From an uncultured Bacteroidales bacterium (GTDB taxonomy: Bacteria; Bacteroidota; Bacteroidia; Bacteroidales; UBA3663), in assembly GCA_902779265.1 (NCBI GenBank), contig CACZAY010000003.1, positions 1 to 44,848 of the forward strand: a stretch of DNA of 44,848 nt, written 5' to 3'. The position numbers and the translations under genes are program-made. Under the pieces are notes generated by a model, which was not told where the DNA came from, made no database searches, and saw only the letters and a program-made list of their open reading frames with translations. Positions within the stretch are counted from its first letter, which is position 1; every line of letters begins with the position of its first letter. Shown here one piece after another: positions 37,456-44,777 of the stretch.

Positions 37456-40184
37456 AGCCTTGTTTGTTTTAATATTCGCAATGTGATATTATTCTCATTT
37501 TGTTGGGGTTGGCCTAATGTAAGCATTTTGCTCCATCTTGTCAAAGTAGGTTCCTCGCTGACAATAGGCTTTTGTGGAATGGAGGAGAAATCAAGTCCGA
37601 CAATGCCGTCTTGTGGTTCATTACATTCCCTTGGATCTTGACTTTCCCACTTGCTGGATTTATCAACATACCAACGGTTGCTATCTCTCATCCAGACCCT
37701 CGCCGTAGGAAGAGAATCGACAAGTTTTATTTTAATTTCCTTACAGCCACTAATTAATATAGAATGGAGGCCTGCCGACAATGTATCAAGTGATATGTCA
37801 ATACATTCTTTGTTGCCTTGGTCTTCTACTACTAGCACATTATCGTCCATATCTATAGCTGACTCGCCCTCTGTTTTTTCCGAATTTTTAAGGTTGCGAA
37901 CAGCAATACATGTTGCTAATACTTGGAATACTTTTGTCTGAGTCCAAGATTTGATTGATTGAATCTCAAAATCGCTGATTATTTGTCCCTCAGAATTCCG
38001 CATTGCATTCCCATCTTTGTCTTTACGAATATGACGAGAAAGGACGCCTACATCACCTTTCAAATCGATTAGTGATGTCTCATGTGCCCTATGTAAAAAA
38101 ACTGTAGTCGTTAAGTTTTCTACACCAATAGTTGATAATAGATTTTGGAATCGTTTTAGTTTTCCAGATAAATCCAATTCCTTGATAACATGGCTTAACG
38201 AAGTGTTATTATTTTCAGTTTTATTTATGACAGATGGCATAATGATACTACCTAAAATAGCAGATGCTTCGTTGTATATTCTACCATATCGCATACTTTC
38301 TATGGATACAGTTGAACAATTGTAAAGAATTTTGTTTTCTGCTTTTATTGCAGGATTTGCTTTTTTCTCTTTTCTTTGCTTGTCAACTGCTATGCAGGAG
38401 GCTAACACTTGAAACACTTTGTCTGGTGTCCAAGATTTAATAGGACTGGCTTTATAATCAAAAACAGGGTCACCTTTTCCATCTAGTATTGCATTACCAT
38501 GTACATCTTTTTGAGCCTGCCTTGTGATTAATATGATAAGTCCATCCTTATTTACAATAGAAGCCTCTTTAGCCCAATCCAAAACCAACTTTGCGGAAAA
38601 CTGTTCTATTCCCAAAGACGCTAATACATCTTGATATTCTTTATCTCGAGTCATCTCCTTGACAACTCTATTAAGACTGATTGTATCTTTCCTTTCTACG
38701 CAGTATGGCTTGAAATAACAATCAAAGATTCTTGATGCCTCATAATATATTTCACTATAGTTGATATTATGATTCAACTCATGCTTATTTCCTTCATCTT
38801 TATAATTTGTTTGACTATTAGTTTTTATGACATTAGAAGCATATTTAAAAATCTTGCCATCGATTATTACATGGACAGGACTCTTCAGTTGGAGAATAGG
38901 AGCACCTCCAACACCTTGTAGATATGTCATATATCCGACTCTTAAACCTCCAACTAACTGGAACAGTTTATCTTGTACAGAGTAGAACTCCTGAGTATGT
39001 TCTTCATACTGTATCTTATACAACCGCAACTCAGATGTACTCAAAATTAAGTCACCACAAATAGTTGGTATTTGATATGAAGGTAATTGACCGACAAACA
39101 AGATAAGGAGTCCAGGTTGCTCTTTATCATCAATATATCTTACTTCTTGCCAATAACCTTCTGGCGACTGTTGAAATACTAGAATGTTTGGTCTTTTAGC
39201 GTGATAGCTCTCAGATTTTAATTTCTTTAAAGTAAGAGACTGAATACTAATTCTTTCTTTTAAAGTTAAATTGTTTGTATATCTTATTTCTAGACAATAA
39301 TTACCTCTATCCTCCATTAAAAATAAAGAGAATTGCCCTTGGGGTAGTTTAGAATCCTTACCGGAAGTACTCTTGTATTCGCCATTCCATCTTAAATAGA
39401 AGCTAAATACTTGCTGAAAAATGTTGGCCGTATCACAGTTAGAAAGGACAGTTTGACCATGGCTGGTATTACACCATCTATTGATATCACTTTCCTTAAT
39501 AATCCTTCTAAAGTCCAACAAAGAAATAACTTCTTCTGGATAAATGTGTTTGTGGGCAAAGAATCCCGCAATGTACTTTAGGTCTTCTGTTGTAAAAATC
39601 CTTTCTGCATATTTCAATGGATATTGGACATACCGACCATATCCCGATTTTTGCACACATTGCACAGAACGATAGTCATAGTTTATATCTTCTTCGTATG
39701 CGTTACAATAATCATAAAAAGTTTTCCAAACGTAGTCTTGATAACGAATAAACCAACGTTCGATATCTTGTATTTCGCAGTTAAGTACTTGTGCTAATCT
39801 ATCTCTGTAGTTCTTTTCTGTTATTTCTTCATCTCTTTCACGCTTTGTCGCTGCATATATTTGAATGGCAACTACTGCCATTTCAAAACTCACTATAGAA
39901 TGACCTTGTTGCTCTAAAACTTGTTCGTAGCTTCCACTACTATAATTGCCATAGATGCAATATTGCCGAATCGCATTTTTCAATTGCGACTCGGTTATAG
40001 CCTGACTTTTACAATAATCATCAATAAACGATTGATCAATCACAGGCCAAGAGGTAGACCCAGTGATTGAATCCTCAAAGTGTTCTCCGAAATCTACAAC
40101 AATTTCTAACATACTTTCCATGGTTGTATATTCTCCAATAATAGCCTCAAATGTGAAATATGACCTTAAGTCATCATAAATCAT
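37452..40184 (-). CDS. Hypothetical protein (910 aa), first gene of the operon; contains an internal ~130-aa tandem module duplication
   Basis: A long AT-rich ORF with no recognisable catalytic motif. Modules at aa 476-601 and 633-762 both end in IKSWT..KVFQVLA.CIAV. Confidence 0.6.
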   Translation of the reverse strand: MIYDDLRSYFTFEAIIGEYTTMESMLEIVVDFGEHFEDSITGSTSWPVIDQSFIDDYCKSQAITESQLKNAIRQYCIYGNYSSGSYEQVLEQQGHSIVSFEMAVVAIQIYAATKRERDEEITEKNYRDRLAQVLNCEIQDIERWFIRYQDYVWKTFYDYCNAYEEDINYDYRSVQCVQKSGYGRYVQYPLKYAERIFTTEDLKYIAGFFAHKHIYPEEVISLLDFRRIIKESDINRWCNTSHGQTVLSNCDTANIFQQVFSFYLRWNGEYKSTSGKDSKLPQGQFSLFLMEDRGNYCLEIRYTNNLTLKERISIQSLTLKKLKSESYHAKRPNILVFQQSPEGYWQEVRYIDDKEQPGLLILFVGQLPSYQIPTICGDLILSTSELRLYKIQYEEHTQEFYSVQDKLFQLVGGLRVGYMTYLQGVGGAPILQLKSPVHVIIDGKIFKYASNVIKTNSQTNYKDEGNKHELNHNINYSEIYYEASRIFDCYFKPYCVERKDTISLNRVVKEMTRDKEYQDVLASLGIEQFSAKLVLDWAKEASIVNKDGLIILITRQAQKDVHGNAILDGKGDPVFDYKASPIKSWTPDKVFQVLASCIAVDKQRKEKKANPAIKAENKILYNCSTVSIESMRYGRIYNEASAILGSIIMPSVINKTENNNTSLSHVIKELDLSGKLKRFQNLLSTIGVENLTTTVFLHRAHETSLIDLKGDVGVLSRHIRKDKDGNAMRNSEGQIISDFEIQSIKSWTQTKVFQVLATCIAVRNLKNSEKTEGESAIDMDDNVLVVEDQGNKECIDISLDTLSAGLHSILISGCKEIKIKLVDSLPTARVWMRDSNRWYVDKSSKWESQDPRECNEPQDGIVGLDFSSIPQKPIVSEEPTLTRWSKMLTLGQPQQNENNITLRILKQTRL

Positions 40185-40225
40185 CCTTTGTGCACTAACA
40201 CGCAGGAAAGTTCATAAAATACCCT

Positions 40226-40233
40226 GGGGGGGG
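40226..40233. repeat. Homopolymeric G8 (C8 on the coding strand) tract in the 81-nt spacer upstream of the operon
   Basis: tGGGGGGGGt lies 42-49 nt upstream of the ATG at 40184, in an otherwise AT-rich context. Confidence 0.9.
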
Positions 40234-40265
40234 TAAAATCTTTCTTGAAGTTATGCACAACCCTT

Positions 40266-41537
40266 TTAGTCCGTCAACAGCCATTTCCAGATGGGAATGA
40301 CCTCAATGGATGCTTCGCCGATGGGGATGGTCTCTTCTTCATCCATGGTAATGATGAGCATTCGGTCCAGGTCGATGGCCTTGGAGAGCTTTTGCAGGGC
40401 TCCAACTTCACGTTCGCGGGTTTCGTAATCGAGTAAACTGTAGGATACCTGTATGGCCAGTTTCTCGTTGGGCACAAAGAAATCGACCTCGACAGACTTG
40501 TTGTAGTAATAGAGATTATCTTCGTCGAGGGCGCCATAACGCTTCTTCAACGCGATGGCGACCAGGTTTTCGAGCAATTTGCTCTTAGGGTCAATAAGGT
40601 AATTGTTCAGGAGGCCATTGTCGCAGAAATAGTGTTTACTGTTGACAATACGCTCGGAGAAGCTATCGACATAGTTGGTCAGACGGAAAACCAGGAATGC
40701 CTCGTTCATGTAACTGAGGTAGTCGGTCACCGTGTTGCGGCTCACCTTGTCACCCGTAGATTTAAGGATATTGGTCAGACGAGTCAAGGTAGTAGGTTGC
40801 ATAACGCTTTCGGCCAGTTTCTTGGTCAACAGGCGGATGATACCTCCAGAGCGGATCTCGTTGCGAGCAATGATGTCGCCCAATACGATTTTCTGGCAGA
40901 GCCAGTTGAGCCACTCCTGCTTATCCATGCGGTTAAAAGTCTCGGCAAAACCGCCATACTGGAAGTAGTCGGTAAACAGGGAGCGTACTTGTGAACGTTG
41001 GCTGGTCAATGCCCAATTAGCGTCCAATTCGATGCCTTTGTAGCGCAGATACTCGCCGAAGGAAAAGGGATAAATATTGCGCACGATGAAACGTCCACCA
41101 AGGGTGGTAGCAATCTCGCGACTGAGCATCTTGGCATTGCTGCCAGTCACCATGACCTGGTAGCCCGTATCGGCCAAGCGGCGCACGAATTTCTCCCATC
41201 CGTCGATAATCTGTATTTCGTCAAGATAGATGACAGGCTTGCGGTCGTGATAAAGCTCTTCATAACTTTGTATGATGCCATCCAGTTCGCTTAACTGGAA
41301 GATATCGAGGCGGTCATCCTCAAAATTGATATACAGAATATCTTCCTTGGCCGACAGCCCATCGGAGATGCGCTGCTGTATATGCTGGTAGAGGATGTAC
41401 GACTTACCTGCACGTCGGAGACCAACGAGCACATAATTGCCCACTGGTTCGAAGTGGACGTCACGCCTTATCAGAGGTAGTTGCGGGATTCGCTCCTGAT
41501 TTTTCAAGAGTATTGACTTGATGGTATCTTTATTCAT
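40266..41537 (-). CDS. COG1373-type AAA ATPase (AAA_14 + DUF4143 architecture), second copy in the window
   Basis: Walker A GLRRAGKS and Walker B VIYLDEIQ are present. The C-terminal VEVDFFVPNEKLAIQVSYS is PD-(D/E)xK-like. It has the same strand as the four-gene operon and lies directly upstream of it. GC content is intermediate. Confidence 0.85.
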   Translation of the reverse strand: MNKDTIKSILLKNQERIPQLPLIRRDVHFEPVGNYVLVGLRRAGKSYILYQHIQQRISDGLSAKEDILYINFEDDRLDIFQLSELDGIIQSYEELYHDRKPVIYLDEIQIIDGWEKFVRRLADTGYQVMVTGSNAKMLSREIATTLGGRFIVRNIYPFSFGEYLRYKGIELDANWALTSQRSQVRSLFTDYFQYGGFAETFNRMDKQEWLNWLCQKIVLGDIIARNEIRSGGIIRLLTKKLAESVMQPTTLTRLTNILKSTGDKVSRNTVTDYLSYMNEAFLVFRLTNYVDSFSERIVNSKHYFCDNGLLNNYLIDPKSKLLENLVAIALKKRYGALDEDNLYYYNKSVEVDFFVPNEKLAIQVSYSLLDYETREREVGALQKLSKAIDLDRMLIITMDEEETIPIGEASIEVIPIWKWLLTD

Positions 41538-41599
41538 GACCGTTTATTTTATTTCTCCATACAGGGCATCAAATAGGAAATATTGCTCTGTATGTAGTG

Positions 41600-41640
41600 C
41601 AAAAATAGTAAATATATGCTCTCTATACAGCGCAAAGATA
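41600..41640 (-). promoter_or_regulatory. Tandem duplicated promoter modules of the ATPase (-7 boxes TATCTTTG and TATTTTTG)
   Basis: The reverse complement reads TATCTTTGCGCTGTATAGAGAGCATAT ... TATTTTTGCACTACATACAGAGCAATAT. A third CTGTATGGAG motif copy lies at 41555-41569, before the ATG. Confidence 0.45.
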
Positions 41641-41799
41641 TTCTTTTCCGGCGAAATATCCAAATTTTCAGCCTCATAATCTTCATTTTTTTTCAACTTA
41701 AGATTGTTCCCTGCCGATAGGACATAATTATTGGCAGAAAGCTATTCCTCAAATCCATCATATTACCAGTCACTTTGTGGTGTTCATCAAAAGATTTTT

Positions 41800-41928
41800 T
41801 TAGTTGTATCGCTTCGAGATGTTGAAAATTGAGATAGGCTCATATTCATCTATCAGTTGCTTAAAGTGATTGTTAAAGTCCAATAAAAAATCGGATGCCA
41901 AGAGAGACTTGACACCCGGTTCGATGAA
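41800..41928 (-). pseudogene. Relic of the 3' end of a second, diverged DruE-like helicase gene
   Basis: The minus-strand translation ...SDFLLDFNNHFKQLIDEYEPISIFNISKRYN* compares with the intact helicase C-terminus ...SDSYIENHINKQKDDYEPISIFNVSKQYN*. The first 52 nt from the stop codon match 29633-29684 at 44 of 52 positions. An in-frame stop lies at 41929-41931. Confidence 0.75.
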
Positions 41929-41990
41929 TTAAAAAATAGAAATACACACGGTACAGACGAAAGGACAGGGGGATGGGGCAGGTAGCCGCT

Positions 41991-44495
41991 TTAGAGCGTC
42001 TTCAGCTTGATGCTGGCAGCCTTCAGCTTCGAGTCGGCCGTGGCGCGCACGGTGACCTTGCCGGCCTGACCGCGTTTGCTGCGCAGGACGACCTGAAGAG
42101 TGCCGTCGTAGAGGCGCTTGGTCGTGACGTCGGGCGTAAAGAGTTCGCTGGTGTAGTGGTCGCCGTTGTCGAGCGCATAGAGCGTGGCTGCACCATCGAC
42201 CGTGATCGAGACGAGCGACGAATCAGCCGCAACGGTGCGTCCCTTGCTATCGACGGCGCGCACGGTGAGGTATTGCAGGTCCAGGCCATCGGCCACGAAA
42301 TCGGGCAGGGTGAACGGCTTTCCGTCGGGACCCAACTGCTCGGCCTCAATGCGCAGGGCAACAGCCTTGCCGGCCGTCTGGATGGTGTGACGGGCCACCT
42401 CGCGGCCGTCGTTGTAGGCCACAGCGGTGAGTGTGCCGCCCTTGCCGTAGTCAATGTCTTCCCACAGGATCATGTTGCGCTGGGCGGCATCGGCCACATT
42501 GTTCTTTTTACGGCCAATGCTCTTGCCGTTGTAGATGAGCTCGACCTCGGCGGCATTGGTGAAGGTGTAGAGCGACTGGCGGCTGCCCTCGGCGAAGGTC
42601 CAGTTGTTCGAGAGCTGCTGCTTGCCGACCTTCACGTCGTTCCAATCGACGGTCTCGCCCTTGCCGTCGCGCACACCGATGTGTACGACAGGTTCATCGG
42701 CCGCAAAAGCACTCTTGATGAGGTAGGCCTGCGGGTAGGTCTCGAGCGTGTGGCGGAAGTAGCTGTAGTTCCAGCCCTTCTTCGGCCAACCGTTGCTCTC
42801 GCCCCAATATTCGATGGCACCCCAATAGGCAAGGCCGACGCTGCGCTCCTCGGGCATGTTCCAGAGGCAGTTGAGCAGCCATTCGGTCTGCGCCTCGCTC
42901 TGGAAGAGGATCATCCACGGGGCATGCTTCAGATAGTCGTTGTAGCAGTTGCTCTGGTAGTTGAACGACGATACCTCGCTGACCTGTGCCAGTTCGGGCG
43001 GAACGCGGTAGGTGTTGAAGTCGGGGGTGCCGCGCTGGGCTCCGGCGCGTGCGGGGAACATGGCGACGGTGGTGGGTCGCGTAGCATCGTAGCGCTTCAG
43101 CATCTGGTCGAAGATGCGGTAGGTCGTGACGCCCCAGTCGTTGGTGTCGTAGCCGCTCCAGTCGCTGCGCGTCTGCAATTCGTTGCCGAGGCTCCAGAGG
43201 ACGACGCTCGGGCAGTTGCGGTCGCGCTTCACCCACTCCTTGATGAGGCTTGGCCAAAGGGTCATGAACGGCTTGCGGCCGCCCCAGTAGTCGTTGTCGC
43301 TCCACTTGTCTATAAGTTCATCGACGATGAGCAGGCCCACGCGGTCGGCGATGCGGGTGAAAGATTCGCTGTAGGGGTTGTGCGAGCAGCGGATGCAGTT
43401 GTAGCCGAAGCTCTTCAGCTGGCGCATCTCACGCTCGATGGCCTTGTCGAACGAAGCCACACCGAGCGCACCGAGGTCGTGATGGTTGGCGATGCCCTTG
43501 AGCAGCACCTTGCGGCCGTTGAGCTTGAAACCGAAGTCCTTGCCGTATTCGATGCTGCGGATACCGAACTCGACACGTTGGCTGTCGGCCACCATGCCAT
43601 CGGCCATAAGCACGACTTCGGCGATGTAGAGCTGCGGCGCGTCAATGTCCCACAGGGCGGGAGTCTGGATTTTGGCCAATGGCATTTTCACCTCGACCAC
43701 GCTGGCCTTCGTGTGGTCGGGCATTCCGGCGGTGAGGTCGGCGGCCAATGCCCCATCGGGCGCAAACAGGCGGCACTGCAACGAGACATCGTCGTGCTTC
43801 TGCCATCCGGCCACCTCGACCTCGACCTGCACGTCAGCCTCGTTGGCCGACACCTGCGGCGTGTGGACATAGACACCGTGGCGGGCGATGTGGGTCGGAT
43901 TCTGCACCTTGAGATAGACGTCGCGGAAGAGGCCGCCGCCGGTGTACCAGCGCGAACCGTTCTTCTTGCCGGTGTTGGCATAGACGGCGACGACATTGGG
44001 CGCGTCGTAGCGCAGCTGGCGGGTCACATCGGCCTCAAAACCCACGTAGCCGTATTCGGACGAGGCGACCTTGTGGCCGTTCAGATAGACGTCGCCGTAG
44101 TACATGATGCCGCCGAAGTCGAGCAGCACCTGCTTGCCGCGCCAGAGGGGGTCGGCCTCGAACGTCTTGCGGTACCAGCCTTCGCTCATCTCCTTGAAGC
44201 CGCGTGCGCCGCCGGCAGCCTCGACCCACGGCTGTTCGAACTGGAAGTCGTGCGGCAGGTCGAGCGTGCGCCATTGGCCATCATCATAATCGGGCTTGAT
44301 TACGGCCGATGCATCGGCGGCCCCGAACTGGAAGCGCCAGCCGAAGTTGAAAAGCTGTTTCTGACTTGTGGCGAATGTGGCCAATGGATAGTTGCGGGCC
44401 ACCTTGCTGTCTTTCTTCTCGACATACTGCGCATTGACGCCGATGGCCGATGATGCCATCAGCAGAGCGGCGAGTGCGTAAAGTTTTCTTATCAT
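41991..44495 (-). CDS. Glycoside hydrolase family 2 (beta-galactosidase-like), secreted
   Basis: The ORF was trimmed to MIRKLYALAALLMASSAIGVNAQ. GH2 patterns are present: DDGQWRTLDLPHDF, GGIMYYGDVYLNGHKV, NCIRCSHNPY and VVLWSLGNE. Confidence 0.85.
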   Translation of the reverse strand: MIRKLYALAALLMASSAIGVNAQYVEKKDSKVARNYPLATFATSQKQLFNFGWRFQFGAADASAVIKPDYDDGQWRTLDLPHDFQFEQPWVEAAGGARGFKEMSEGWYRKTFEADPLWRGKQVLLDFGGIMYYGDVYLNGHKVASSEYGYVGFEADVTRQLRYDAPNVVAVYANTGKKNGSRWYTGGGLFRDVYLKVQNPTHIARHGVYVHTPQVSANEADVQVEVEVAGWQKHDDVSLQCRLFAPDGALAADLTAGMPDHTKASVVEVKMPLAKIQTPALWDIDAPQLYIAEVVLMADGMVADSQRVEFGIRSIEYGKDFGFKLNGRKVLLKGIANHHDLGALGVASFDKAIEREMRQLKSFGYNCIRCSHNPYSESFTRIADRVGLLIVDELIDKWSDNDYWGGRKPFMTLWPSLIKEWVKRDRNCPSVVLWSLGNELQTRSDWSGYDTNDWGVTTYRIFDQMLKRYDATRPTTVAMFPARAGAQRGTPDFNTYRVPPELAQVSEVSSFNYQSNCYNDYLKHAPWMILFQSEAQTEWLLNCLWNMPEERSVGLAYWGAIEYWGESNGWPKKGWNYSYFRHTLETYPQAYLIKSAFAADEPVVHIGVRDGKGETVDWNDVKVGKQQLSNNWTFAEGSRQSLYTFTNAAEVELIYNGKSIGRKKNNVADAAQRNMILWEDIDYGKGGTLTAVAYNDGREVARHTIQTAGKAVALRIEAEQLGPDGKPFTLPDFVADGLDLQYLTVRAVDSKGRTVAADSSLVSITVDGAATLYALDNGDHYTSELFTPDVTTKRLYDGTLQVVLRSKRGQAGKVTVRATADSKLKAASIKLKTL

Positions 44496-44533
44496 TGTGT
44501 TTATGGGTGAAAGGGTTAGTATGATATTGGCCG

Positions 44534-44541
44534 CAAAGATA
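44534..44541 (-). promoter_or_regulatory. -7 box (TATCTTTG) of the GH2 gene
   Basis: Lies 39 nt upstream of the ATG at 44495. Confidence 0.5.
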
Positions 44542-44625
44542 GTCAAAAAAATTGAAAAATCCTATCCGGCACGCGCGAAAAGGGGCTTTTTCGGCCGAAA
44601 TTTTGGCCAAGTCGAAAATAAGGCG

Positions 44626-44633
44626 TATCTTTG
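44626..44633 (+). promoter_or_regulatory. -7 box (TATCTTTG) upstream of der
   Basis: Lies about 145 nt upstream of the der ATG, implying a GC-rich leader. Confidence 0.4.
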
Positions 44634-44777
44634 CGGCCGATATTGCTCCATCGGATACCTAACCCATAGCCCCAGGGGCTGGCTCAACCACCGCGACGGT
44701 TGGCATTGGCCGGAAACCCCACGGGCAGAAAATAGGCTGGTGGGCAAGAACAAATAATAATTCATAAATAATAGAAA

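Larger units (their letters stand above)
29482..41930. other. AT-rich horizontally acquired island (candidate defence island) between the ABC-F and GH2 genes
   Basis: GC content drops abruptly relative to both flanks. The host heptamer GGCCAAT/ATTGGCC occurs only once in 29.6-40.2 kb. The island is bounded by a 15-bp direct repeat (29467-29481 and 41555-41569) and by a helicase relic at 41800-41928. No integrase, transposase or tRNA is present. Confidence 0.7.

Noticed and set aside
41640-41799. Small ORFs and a ctgccgata/tattggcag hairpin in the AT-rich spacer between the ATPase promoter and the helicase relic.
   Set aside because: The ORFs are 22 aa or shorter and have no start context. 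The hairpin lacks a T-run. This is probably decayed remnant sequence.
29482-41930. The island as a prophage, ICE or transposon, or as DISARM/BREX.
   Set aside because: There is no integrase, transposase, relaxase, capsid or terminase gene, no tRNA target, and no terminal inverted repeats. There is also no methyltransferase, PLD nuclease, PglZ or BrxC-like gene, so DISARM and BREX do not fit.
44640-44777. GC-rich, stem-forming leader upstream of der; checked as a possible SRP RNA, tRNA or riboswitch.
   Set aside because: There is no GGAA tetraloop/AGCA domain-IV pattern, no T-loop (GGTTCGAATCC-like) and no recognisable riboswitch core. It cannot be supported without covariance-model searches.
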